Assembly (NCBI GenBank): GCA_041602035.1
Contig: JBFIHA010000013.1
Span: 1,464-65,463 of the forward strand
DNA length: 64,000 nucleotides
Direction of reading: 5' to 3'
Source: Gemmatimonadales bacterium
Lineage (GTDB): Bacteria; Gemmatimonadota; Gemmatimonadetes; Gemmatimonadales; GWC2-71-9
The notes beneath the pieces are model-generated. The model was not told where the DNA came from, did not search any database, and worked only from the letters and a program-made list of their open reading frames with translations. Below are positions 47,489 through 56,341 of this stretch, one piece after another. A program made the translations under genes and the position numbers. Numbering within the stretch: the first letter of the stretch is position 1; each line of letters begins with the position of its first letter.

Positions 47489-47869
47489 CTACGGCGTCCG
47501 ATCCGCAGAACGCTCTCCCTGCAGCAACGCGTCGAGCAGGGGCTCGTGCCCAGCCACCTTGACGATCCACTGCACGTCTCGCGGCACGGGACGCACTGTG
47601 TCGGCCGGGGGGGTCGCGCTGTAGATCACCATGCGCGGCGTCCGGTTGGCTGCACGCGCCACCTGCTCCAAGAGAGAGACCCCATCCATCCCCGGCATCC
47701 GGTAGTCCGTGACGACCACATCAGGCTCAACGTCAACCACGAGGCGCATCGCCTCGTCACCGCGCTCTGCGGTCCACACCTGGTAGCGGGCATCTCGCAG
47801 TGCGGCGGCGACGCTGCCAAGCACGAGGCGATCGTCGTCTACCACCAAGATCTTGGCTCGAGCAGGCAT
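47489..47869 (-). CDS. Stand-alone response-regulator receiver protein
   Basis: GGGAGG RBS. ILVVDDD, VVTDYRMPGMDG motifs. Confidence 0.8.
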   Translation of the reverse strand: MPARAKILVVDDDRLVLGSVAAALRDARYQVWTAERGDEAMRLVVDVEPDVVVTDYRMPGMDGVSLLEQVARAANRTPRMVIYSATPPADTVRPVPRDVQWIVKVAGHEPLLDALLQGERSADRTP

Positions 47870-48007
47870 CGATCTCGCCTCCCGGCCTTTCGGCTGATCC
47901 TGTTGGGGCCGGGGCTGTCGTAGGGCAGGCAACACCGACACCAATCCGGTGGGTCATTTCCTCAACCAGCCGCAACGCAAGATCGATACCCCTTCAAAGA
48001 GGCAGCG

Positions 48008-48095
48008 TTTGCCCCTATCTCTGGGGCCAAATCCTCTTCTTGTCAATCGAGATTGGGTCAAATGCTCAATTCGGTAGGGGCAAATACCCAATCTC
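48008..48095. promoter_or_regulatory. Two perfect 10-bp inverted repeats in the divergent control region: TTTGCCCCTA (48008-48017) / TAGGGGCAAA (48075-48084), and GAGATTGGGT (48049-48058) / ACCCAATCTC (48086-48095)
   Basis: Read directly, in the AT-richer segment about 75-160 nt upstream of the sigma-54-like element. Confidence 0.5.
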
Positions 48096-48167
48096 CCGAG
48101 CGTGCGGATGGAGCCGACGATGGTTAAGTCGTTTTACACCAATGCACTAGGGTGTCTAAGCGGTGCG

Positions 48168-48182
48168 TGGCACACCCTCTGC
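48168..48182 (+). promoter_or_regulatory. Sigma-54 (-24/-12) promoter candidate: TGGCAC-N5-CTGC
   Basis: GG and GC are spaced exactly as in the TGGCAC-N5-TTGC consensus, about 85 nt upstream of the ATG at 48268. A sigma-54 activator is encoded divergently. Confidence 0.5.
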
Positions 48183-48267
48183 CTTTCGGAAGTGGCAGTT
48201 CGGCACCGTCCGTCGTGGCCGCGGCCCACCGGTGCAACCCGCAGCACGAGGATTCCGGGAGGCGTTC

Positions 48268-48615
48268 ATGGATGTCGTGACTCGAATCGGAGCAGTCGTG
48301 GGAGTGCTCACCATTGTTGGATCAGCCACCGCCGTCGCGCAGGTGGATGCCGCCGCGACATATGCCCAGAAGTGCGCCATGTGCCACGGAGCGGCCGGAG
48401 CGGGAGACGGCGCCGCCGCAGCTGCGCTCAATCCCAAACCACCCGATTTCACCGCTGCCGAGTTCCAGAAGACTCGGACCGACGAGGCGCTCGTCGCGGT
48501 CATTACCGACGGCAAGAGCCCGATGATGCCGTCGTACAAGAGTCAATTATCGGCGGACGAGATCACCGCGCTCGTCGCGTACCTTCGCACCTTGGGTCCG
48601 GCGGAAGGCCAGTAG
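48268..48615 (+). CDS. Monoheme class I cytochrome c
   Basis: GGGAGG RBS. Signal peptide. CAMCH. Distal MMPSY Met region. Confidence 0.85.
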   Translation: MDVVTRIGAVVGVLTIVGSATAVAQVDAAATYAQKCAMCHGAAGAGDGAAAAALNPKPPDFTAAEFQKTRTDEALVAVITDGKSPMMPSYKSQLSADEITALVAYLRTLGPAEGQ

Positions 48616-48618
48616 TCG

Positions 48619-49176
48619 GTGCCGGCGCGGGAGGGGATGGCGCAGCGGCTTGGGGATCTGCGCGGCCGCCTGCCACGGTCGTACCTGGCCGTCGCCGTGG
48701 GTGTGGTGCTCGTCCTGGCCGTCGTAGTCCCGGTACTCGCGCTTAGCAGCCCGCGCGTTCCCCAGCCGGTAGCGTTCAATCACCTGAAGCACACGCAGGA
48801 TCTGGGACTCGGGTGCGAGTTCTGCCACCCGTACGCCCAGACACGCGCGCATTCCGGCCTCCCCGATGCAACGACCTGCTCGGCGTGCCACGCCGCCCCG
48901 CAGGGCACCTCGGCCGAGGCTGCACGCGTCACGGAGCTCATCACGGCAGGCGATCCATTGCGGTTCAACAAGCTGTTCCGGATGCCCGACCACGTGTTCT
49001 ACACTCATCGCCGTCACGTCGCGATCGCGGAGCTCAGCTGTGAGACCTGCCACGGGGCCGTCGGACAGACGGAGCGCCCGCCCGCCCGCGCCTTGGTCAA
49101 GGTCGATATGGACTTTTGCATGGATTGTCATCGTGAGCAGGGCGCGACGCTGGACTGCAACGCGTGCCACCGATAA
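48619..49176 (+). CDS. Membrane-anchored pentaheme cytochrome c (ActA/NrfB-like)
   Basis: Five CxxCH motifs: CEFCH, CSACH, CETCH, CMDCH, CNACH. N-terminal TM anchor. Confidence 0.85.
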   Translation: MPAREGMAQRLGDLRGRLPRSYLAVAVGVVLVLAVVVPVLALSSPRVPQPVAFNHLKHTQDLGLGCEFCHPYAQTRAHSGLPDATTCSACHAAPQGTSAEAARVTELITAGDPLRFNKLFRMPDHVFYTHRRHVAIAELSCETCHGAVGQTERPPARALVKVDMDFCMDCHREQGATLDCNACHR

Positions 49177-49192
49177 GGGGAGGAATACGCGG

Positions 49193-51556
49193 ATGAAACC
49201 CACGCGACGCGAATTCCTCTGGGCGATGGGCGCGACAGCTGCCTCCGTTGGCCTCAGCTGGTCGCCGGACTTCGGGTGGGCGCCCCAGGTGCCCGACGAC
49301 GTGGGGTGGGCTCCCGGCACCGAGCAGTTCGTCAACTCGGCGTGTCTGATCTGCCCGGCCCGCTGCGGCGTTCGCGGCCGGGTCGTCGACGGTCGCTTGG
49401 TGCAGCTCGGGGGCAATCCCTTCCACCCCGTCAACGCCGGCGGGCTCTGTCCTCGAGGCATTGCCGGCGTCCAGATGCTCTACCACCCGGATCGCCTCGG
49501 GTCGCCATTGCGACGCGTCGGTGCCCGTGGAAGCGATTCATGGGAAGCGATCGGGTGGGACGAGGCGCTGCGCCAGTTGGGCGAGCGCCTCGCCTCGCTG
49601 CGCGCGAGCGGGCGACCGGAAGCCCTTGCGCTCGTGGCGGGATACTGCGCGGGGACCATGCACGATCTGTGGCGCCAGTTCCTGCAGAGCTACGGGTCGC
49701 CGAACTACGTGGCCGACGACTACGACGACGGTTCCGCAACCGTGATGGCGCTCATGCACGGCAACCCGCGGCGCCCTGGATACGATCTGGAGCGCGCGGG
49801 GTACGTGCTGTCGTTCGGCTCGCCGATGTTCGAGTCTTGGTGGTCACCGCTGCAGGCATACGCGGCGTTCGCGGGTCCCGAGGGATCGGACGAGGGACGC
49901 ACCCGCTTCGTGCAAATCGACACGCGCTTCTCCCGCACCGCCGCGCATGCCAACGAATGGGTTGGGATCCACCCGGGCACGTTCGGGGTGCTCGCCCTGG
50001 GGATCGCCTACATCCTGATCAGGGACGAGCTGTACGACGCCGACTTCGTGGAACGGCACGTCGCGGGATTCCAGGACGCGATCGACGCGGGTGGCGCCCT
50101 TCAGCAGGGCTATCGGTCCATCGTCATGCGCCACTACCGCACCGAGGAGGTCTCGGCGATCACGGGAGTGCCCGTTGCGCGGATTACGGCCATCGCGCGC
50201 GCGTTCGCACGGACGGAACATCCGATCGCCGTGTTCGGCCACGAGGTGACCCACGCTCCGAGTGGGCTGCTCACCGGAATGGCCGTGCACAGCCTCAACG
50301 TGTTGATGGGCAGTGTCGGTCGTCCCGGTGGCGTGATGTTCGGCGACGACGCTCCACTGGACCCACTCCCCGACCCGCGTATCGATGCGGTGGCCCGCGC
50401 GGGGCTCGGCCGCGGAGCCTTGGCTCGGACACCCGCACCGTTTGGCGAGGGCGACCCGGCATCGCGGTTCGCGGCGGCCGTCGGCGCCAGCCCCAGTGAC
50501 ACGATCGATACCCTCCTTCTCTACTACGCCAATCCGCTAGCGTCATCGCCGCGTCCGGACGCATGGCGCGAGGCCCTCGACCGAATTCCGTTCGTCGTCG
50601 GCTTCTCGCCGTTCCTCGACGAGACTACGGCGCACGCCGACCTGATCCTGCCCGACCTACTGGCCTACGAGCGGTGGCAGGACGCGCCGGCGCCCCAATC
50701 CCACCCCTATCCAGTGTGGGGGGTGGCGCGGCCGCTGGTCGCGGCGCCCCCGGGCGGCATGCCGACCGGCGACGTGGTCCTGGCGGTGGCTCGTCAGTTG
50801 GGCGGGGGCGTGGGCGCAAGCCTCCCGTACGAGCGCATCGAGCTGCTGCTCAAGGAGCGGGCTCGCGGTCTGTTCCGGGTACAGCGCGGCATGACGTTGG
50901 GAGACTCGTTCGAGCGCGAGCACCATCGGCAGATGCAAGAACGCGGCTGGTGGCTGCCTGAACACACCGAGTTCGAGGCCTTCTGGGATGAGCTGGTCCA
51001 GCGTGCGGGCTGGACGGACCTCTATATGGACGAGACCGACCCCACCGGGGTGGCCCGCACCCCAAGCGGCCGCATCGACCTGATGCCGGCCCAATTGCTT
51101 GCCGCGCTTGCGACCGCCGGCCGGGGCACGGCGCTGTATATGGACGTGGCGGCGATCCGCACAACTAATCCCGACGAGTTTCCGTTGCGGCTGATCCCGT
51201 ACCGTGTCTCGACCCTCTCATCGGGCACGTTGGCCCTCGAGCGCTGGCTGGGCGAGACCCCGGGCCTGTTTCCGGAAGTGCACTGGGACCCCTGGGTCGA
51301 GGTGGCACCGGCAACGGCGGACGCGCTGGGTCTGGACGACAACACCGAAGTGTGGGTCGTTGCCGCCGCGGGTCGATACCGCGCGCGCCTCAAGGTGTTT
51401 CCGGGCACCGCGCCCGAGAATGTCTGCGCCCCGTACGGACTCCGACATCCGGACGGCGAGCTGGCCAACCCGCTGCAGCTGCTCGACGGCTCCAGCGATC
51501 CATTGACCGATCGGCCGAATTGGTTCACCACTTTCGTGCGCCTCGAGCGGGCGTAA
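49193..51556 (+). CDS. Tat-exported molybdopterin-oxidoreductase-family (MopB) subunit, ActB1/QrcB/PsrA-like
   Basis: GGGGAGG RBS. Twin-arginine signal TRREFL. CX2CX3CX27C FS0-type motif (CLICPARC...C). MopB-like length. Confidence 0.85.
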   Translation: MKPTRREFLWAMGATAASVGLSWSPDFGWAPQVPDDVGWAPGTEQFVNSACLICPARCGVRGRVVDGRLVQLGGNPFHPVNAGGLCPRGIAGVQMLYHPDRLGSPLRRVGARGSDSWEAIGWDEALRQLGERLASLRASGRPEALALVAGYCAGTMHDLWRQFLQSYGSPNYVADDYDDGSATVMALMHGNPRRPGYDLERAGYVLSFGSPMFESWWSPLQAYAAFAGPEGSDEGRTRFVQIDTRFSRTAAHANEWVGIHPGTFGVLALGIAYILIRDELYDADFVERHVAGFQDAIDAGGALQQGYRSIVMRHYRTEEVSAITGVPVARITAIARAFARTEHPIAVFGHEVTHAPSGLLTGMAVHSLNVLMGSVGRPGGVMFGDDAPLDPLPDPRIDAVARAGLGRGALARTPAPFGEGDPASRFAAAVGASPSDTIDTLLLYYANPLASSPRPDAWREALDRIPFVVGFSPFLDETTAHADLILPDLLAYERWQDAPAPQSHPYPVWGVARPLVAAPPGGMPTGDVVLAVARQLGGGVGASLPYERIELLLKERARGLFRVQRGMTLGDSFEREHHRQMQERGWWLPEHTEFEAFWDELVQRAGWTDLYMDETDPTGVARTPSGRIDLMPAQLLAALATAGRGTALYMDVAAIRTTNPDEFPLRLIPYRVSTLSSGTLALERWLGETPGLFPEVHWDPWVEVAPATADALGLDDNTEVWVVAAAGRYRARLKVFPGTAPENVCAPYGLRHPDGELANPLQLLDGSSDPLTDRPNWFTTFVRLERA

Positions 51557-51569
51557 GGAACCGAGAGCG

Positions 51570-52253
51570 ATGACACGCTGGGGCATGGCGATCGATCTGG
51601 ACCGGTGCACGGGTTGTGCGGCGTGTGAGGTGGCGTGCAAGAGCGAGAACAACGTCGCCACGGTTCCCCCCGACCAGGCCGAAAAGGGTCGAGTCGTGAG
51701 CTGGATGCGCGTCATGGCACACGCGGTAGGGGAATTCCCCGAGACCCACCTCGAGTTCTACCCGCGGCCCTGCATGCACTGCGACAACCCCCCCTGCATC
51801 AAGGTGTGTCCGGTGCGTGCCACCTACATCGACCCCGAGGGCATCGTCGGACAGATCTACCCGCGGTGCATCGGGTGCCGGTACTGCGCCAACGCCTGTC
51901 CCTACACCGTGAAGTACTTCAACTGGTACGGACCGGAGTGGTCGGACTCGGAGCGTCAGCATCTGAACCCGGATGTCTCGCCTCGGACCGTTGGCGTTAT
52001 CGAGAAGTGCTCCTTCTGCCACCACCGCTTGCAGCGTGCTCGGGAACAGGCCCGGGCCGAGAACCGCGACGTGCGCGAGGAGGACTACCAGCCCGCGTGC
52101 GCCGAGATCTGTCCCACCAGGGCGATCGTGTTCGGCGACCTCGACAACCCAACGCACCACGTGGCCGAGCTGAAGGAGGATCCGCGGGCAATGCGCATCA
52201 TGGAGGATCTCGGAACCCAGCCGAAGGTCTACTACCTCAGGGCGAGGAGGTGA
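51570..52253 (+). CDS. Four-cluster 4Fe-4S ferredoxin-type subunit (NrfC/PsrB/ActB2/QrcC-like)
   Basis: Four Cys groups: CTGCAACEVAC, CMHCDNPPCIKVCP, CIGCRYCANACP, CSFC...CAEICP. Confidence 0.88.
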   Translation: MTRWGMAIDLDRCTGCAACEVACKSENNVATVPPDQAEKGRVVSWMRVMAHAVGEFPETHLEFYPRPCMHCDNPPCIKVCPVRATYIDPEGIVGQIYPRCIGCRYCANACPYTVKYFNWYGPEWSDSERQHLNPDVSPRTVGVIEKCSFCHHRLQRAREQARAENRDVREEDYQPACAEICPTRAIVFGDLDNPTHHVAELKEDPRAMRIMEDLGTQPKVYYLRARR

Positions 52254-52254
52254 G

Positions 52255-53598
52255 ATGCGCCGCGAGGTAGCGGAGAAACTGGCCAGCCTCCCCCCGGACG
52301 AGCGGGTCCTGCTCCGGCCGCTCGTCGACACATCGCGGGGATTCTACATCATGGCGGGCGTGTTCGGCGGCATCAGCCTCTTGGGCCTCGTCGCGTACAT
52401 CCTGCAGGTGCGCTACGGCCTGGGCCGTACCGGACTGAATCGGCCTGGATACTGGGGCATCTACATCATCTGCTTTGTTTTCTTCATCGGGATCAGCCAC
52501 GCGGGCACCTTGATTTCCGCAATCCTGCGGGTCAGCAAGGCGGAGTGGCGCCGTTCCATCACACGCTCAGCAGAGCTGATCACGGTGCTTGTGATCGGGT
52601 TCGGTGCCATCCAGCCGATCATCGACATGGGCCGCCCCGATCGGGTGCTCAACGTAATCTTGCACGCGCAGTGGCGCTCTCCGCTCCTGTGGGACGTGAT
52701 CAGCATCGGCCTCTATTTCATGTCCTGCACGATCTATCTCTATCTCCCGCTGCTCCCGGACCTCGCGATCATTCGGGACTCCGGCATCAAGGCACCGCGC
52801 TTCTATCGCTTCTTGGCGGCGGGCTACAACGACACGCCGGTGCAGCGGTTTCGGTTGGAGCGCGCCATCGGCGTCCTTTCGATCGTCGTGATCCCGATCG
52901 CGGTCTCGGTACACACGGTGATCGGCTGGATCTTTGCGATGACGCTGCGGCCCATGTGGCACAGCACGATCTTCGGACCCTACTTCGTTATGGGGGCCAT
53001 CTATTCCGGCATCGCCGCCATCCTCGTGGCGATGGCAGTGCTCCGCCGCGTGTACCACCTCGAGAACTATTTCAAGGATGTCCACTTCGACTACCTGGGT
53101 CGCCTGCTGCTTATCCTCAGTCTGTTGTGGTTCTATTTCACGTTCGCGGAATACCTCACGGCATTCTATGGCGGGGAGCCCGGCGAGATGCGCACGTTCT
53201 GGGCGAAGCTCACGGGACCATTCGCCCTGCCCTTCTGGGCGATGGTCGCAGGGTGTTTCATCATCCCGCTGGCGCTCATGGCGCGGCAGGCCACGCGGAC
53301 CCCGCGTGGCACCACGATCGCCGGCATCGCCGTGGTCATCGGGATGTGGCTCGAACGGTACAACATCGTGGTGCCGACGTCGGTCAATCCCCGCTGGGAG
53401 ATCGAGTCCATCGGGCACTACCTGCCGTCGTGGATCGAGCTGGCGATCATGGCCGGGACCTTCTCGGGGTTCGTTCTCCTGTACATGATCGCCACCAAGA
53501 TCGTACCCATCGTCTCGATCTGGGAGATCAAGGAGGGCCGCGCAGTGGTGCAGGAGGTCGCCGAACGGGTGGCGAGATACTCCGGGAGCCACCCATGA
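52255..53598 (+). CDS. NrfD/PsrC-family polytopic quinone-interacting membrane subunit (ActC/QrcD-size, about 10 TM)
   Basis: 447 aa, highly hydrophobic. Starts 1 nt after the FeS gene stop. ATGA overlap with the next gene. Confidence 0.82.
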   Translation: MRREVAEKLASLPPDERVLLRPLVDTSRGFYIMAGVFGGISLLGLVAYILQVRYGLGRTGLNRPGYWGIYIICFVFFIGISHAGTLISAILRVSKAEWRRSITRSAELITVLVIGFGAIQPIIDMGRPDRVLNVILHAQWRSPLLWDVISIGLYFMSCTIYLYLPLLPDLAIIRDSGIKAPRFYRFLAAGYNDTPVQRFRLERAIGVLSIVVIPIAVSVHTVIGWIFAMTLRPMWHSTIFGPYFVMGAIYSGIAAILVAMAVLRRVYHLENYFKDVHFDYLGRLLLILSLLWFYFTFAEYLTAFYGGEPGEMRTFWAKLTGPFALPFWAMVAGCFIIPLALMARQATRTPRGTTIAGIAVVIGMWLERYNIVVPTSVNPRWEIESIGHYLPSWIELAIMAGTFSGFVLLYMIATKIVPIVSIWEIKEGRAVVQEVAERVARYSGSHP

Positions 53599-54827
53599 CC
53601 CCGCTCTTCCGATGCCGCCAGTTCCCCCGATGGGTAGCCGGTGCAGCGTTCATGTGGATGGGCCTCGTTATGGGCCCGTCACTCGAGGCCCAGTCCGAGC
53701 AGATCTACCCGGGCGATCCCGTGGCCGGCCGGCGGCTGTTCGTCGAGCGGCGGTGTGTGCGCTGCCACGCCATCTGGGGCAACGGCGGCACCCTGGGACC
53801 GGATTTCGCGATGGTTGGGGCCGGCCGCAGTCTCCCACAACTCGCCGGGATGTTTTGGAACCACACCCCGCAGATGATCGAGACCGTTCGTGATCGCGGG
53901 TTCGAATGGCCGAGGTTCACAGAGACAGAGCTTGCCAATCTGATCAGCTACATCTACTACGTGAAGCTGTTCGACGAGCCCGGCGATCCTACGCTGGGAG
54001 AGCGCTCATTCCGCGACCGGCGCTGCGTGGACTGTCACGCCGTGGGCGGATCCGGAGGGACCTCCGGTACGGCCCTCGATGGCTACGCCAGGTACATCGC
54101 GCCGATCGCGCTCGCCCAGGGCATGTGGAACGCCGGCCCGAGCATGCAGGCGATGCAGCGGGCACGGGGCACCGGTCAACTAGAGTTTATGGGCCGCGAG
54201 ATCGCGGATATTCAGGCCTACATACGCTCGGCATCCCGGGTCGGCGATCGCGAAATCGTGTACCTGCAGCCTCCGAATCCCGACAACGGGCGCCGCCTGT
54301 TCGTGCAGCGGCAGTGCGCGCGGTGCCACGGGCCGCAGGGTCGCGGCACGGCAGCCGGCCCAAATCTGCGGGCGGCAACGGAACGCTTGCGCGTGGCGCA
54401 AATCGCGGGGCAGCTGTGGAATCACGCGTCGCAAATGGCGTCGGCGATGCAGGCCGGGGGCATGACCTTCCCGCGGTTCCGCGGCACCGAGCTAGCCGAC
54501 CTGATCTCGTTTCTCTATTATCTGCGATTCTATGAGACCGCAGGTGATCTGCGGGTCGGCGAGCAACTGTTCGTGACCAAGGGCTGCGCCGCGTGTCACC
54601 CCACTGGAGGAGATACGGCGGCGGGCCCCGATCTGTCGCAATCGGAGGTGCTCCGCACCCCGCTGGGACTCGCGACGGCTATGTGGGACCATGCGCCCGC
54701 CATGTATGCCCAGATTCGGTCGGCGGACGTGGAGTGGCCCCGGTTCGAGGGCGATGAGATGCGGGATCTATCGGTCTATTTGCGAACCCTGGCTTCGGGA
54801 GGACGGGAGGGGACGGCAGCACGCTGA
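53595..54827 (+). CDS. Cytochrome c made of four tandem monoheme class I-like domains
   Basis: CVRCH, CVDCH, CARCH, CAACH, each followed by a GPDL-like segment, MWNH-type motif, P.M and E..DL..YL in a unit of about 100 aa. Confidence 0.85.
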   Translation: MTPLFRCRQFPRWVAGAAFMWMGLVMGPSLEAQSEQIYPGDPVAGRRLFVERRCVRCHAIWGNGGTLGPDFAMVGAGRSLPQLAGMFWNHTPQMIETVRDRGFEWPRFTETELANLISYIYYVKLFDEPGDPTLGERSFRDRRCVDCHAVGGSGGTSGTALDGYARYIAPIALAQGMWNAGPSMQAMQRARGTGQLEFMGREIADIQAYIRSASRVGDREIVYLQPPNPDNGRRLFVQRQCARCHGPQGRGTAAGPNLRAATERLRVAQIAGQLWNHASQMASAMQAGGMTFPRFRGTELADLISFLYYLRFYETAGDLRVGEQLFVTKGCAACHPTGGDTAAGPDLSQSEVLRTPLGLATAMWDHAPAMYAQIRSADVEWPRFEGDEMRDLSVYLRTLASGGREGTAAR

Positions 54828-54889
54828 CAGTCGGGGCCGCCTGCAGCAGCGCGTGAACCCGCGGCCTGCGCGCAACGGAGGGCTCAACT

Positions 54890-56107
54890 ATGCGATCGCA
54901 CCTGTCCACCCGACAGCCTCTGGCACCGTGGTGTCTGATCGGCGCCATGTCCATCGCTCCGGTGCTGGCCTTCTCCGCCCCGCCGCTGGAAGCACAGGAG
55001 CGTCCGCTCCCCACACAGAACGCCATGGCCGGTGCCAGCGTGTTCGGCACCGAGGGATGCGTCAAGTGTCACGCGATCGATGGGCTCGGCGGCACCGAGG
55101 GCCCGGACCTGGCACGCTTTCCGACCTCGCGCACCTTCTACGACCTGGCAGCCGCGATGTGGAACCACCTGCCGGCGATGGTGTCACGCATGCGGGATTT
55201 GGGGATCCGTGAGCCCCACCTCTCTGACCGAGAAACCGGCGACCTCATCGCCTTTCTCTTCTCTTTGGACTACTTCGACACGCCCGGCGACACGGTACGG
55301 GGCCGCGATCTGTTCGACACGAAGCGATGCGTGCTCTGTCATCAGATCGGCGGGGTCGGTGGCGTGGTCGGTCCGAGCCTCAGCACGTCCGGCACGATCC
55401 AGGCGCCGATCGAGTTCGCGACCGCAATGTGGAATCATGGCCCCGCGATGAGCGGTGCGATGCAGGCGCGAGGGATTGCCAGACCGCGGTTCACGGGGAC
55501 CGAGTTACGGGACTTGATCGCCTACATCAAGACGGACAAGCAGGGATTTCCGTCGGGGCCGCTGTATGTGCTCCCTGGGCTGGCGGGGGAAGGCCGACAG
55601 GTGTTCGTCGAGAAAACCTGCAACAACTGCCACGACGTCGAGGGACTCGGCGCTCACGCCGCGCCCGACCTCGCCGATCGAGGGGTGAGCGGCAGTCTCC
55701 TTACGTTTGCCGCGGCCATGTGGAACAAGGCGCCGGCCATGACGGCGTCGATGCGAGCCCGAGGGCTCTCGGTGCCCGCCCTCTCGCCGACGGAGATGGC
55801 GGACCTCGTCGGGTATCTCTACTCCGTGAAGTACTTCACGCAGTCGGGGGACGTTCGACGTGGACGGCAGCGAATCCGCACGAAAGGGTGCCTCGGGTGC
55901 CACACCCTCGACGGTCGAGGGACCGGCGGGGCTCGTGAGTTCCGGGAGATGCCACCGTTCAGGACGCCGGCCGCGATCACCGCCGCCCTATGGAATCACG
56001 TGCTGCTGGGCGAGCAGGGCGGCACCGCGGTCGACTGGCCGGTCTTCAAGGCCGACGAGATCGCCGACGTGGCCGCGTTCTTGATGTCGCTGTCAGGGGG
56101 GCGCTGA
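54890..56107 (+). CDS. Second four-domain monoheme-repeat cytochrome c, paralog of the protein at 53595..54827
   Basis: CVKCH, CVLCH, CNNCH, CLGCH with the same repeat signature (AMWNH/AMWNK/ALWNH). Confidence 0.85.
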   Translation: MRSHLSTRQPLAPWCLIGAMSIAPVLAFSAPPLEAQERPLPTQNAMAGASVFGTEGCVKCHAIDGLGGTEGPDLARFPTSRTFYDLAAAMWNHLPAMVSRMRDLGIREPHLSDRETGDLIAFLFSLDYFDTPGDTVRGRDLFDTKRCVLCHQIGGVGGVVGPSLSTSGTIQAPIEFATAMWNHGPAMSGAMQARGIARPRFTGTELRDLIAYIKTDKQGFPSGPLYVLPGLAGEGRQVFVEKTCNNCHDVEGLGAHAAPDLADRGVSGSLLTFAAAMWNKAPAMTASMRARGLSVPALSPTEMADLVGYLYSVKYFTQSGDVRRGRQRIRTKGCLGCHTLDGRGTGGAREFREMPPFRTPAAITAALWNHVLLGEQGGTAVDWPVFKADEIADVAAFLMSLSGGR

Positions 56108-56341
56108 GGACCGCTGCCGAGTCACATCGACGGACGGGCCCCCTCACGGGGCCGCGGCGGCCTGTCACCTGAGGGACCGTTACGACCACGCCCGGCGGCG
56201 ACGTGGTGTCCCCGCCGCGACGCTCCATCCCACCTCGGGGCCCGTCCGCTCAGGCTGCCCCGCGAGCCACACCTTGCGTCGGCCCGGCTGATCTGGAAGA
56301 CTTTCTCCATTCGCCCTCGACAGTCGAGCAGGAGTATCCTG

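Noticed and set aside
48268-53598. Calling the cluster a canonical alternative complex III (actABCDEF)
   Set aside because: The MopB and FeS parts are separate genes. There is only one NrfD-like gene, with no second ActF-like copy. No ActD- or ActE-like small subunits are recognisable. The label ACIII/Qrc-like is kept only as a comparison.
56137-56153. Short GGCCCC/GGGGCC hairpin after the last cytochrome gene, as a possible operon terminator
   Set aside because: It has only a 6-bp stem and no T tract, which is too weak to call.
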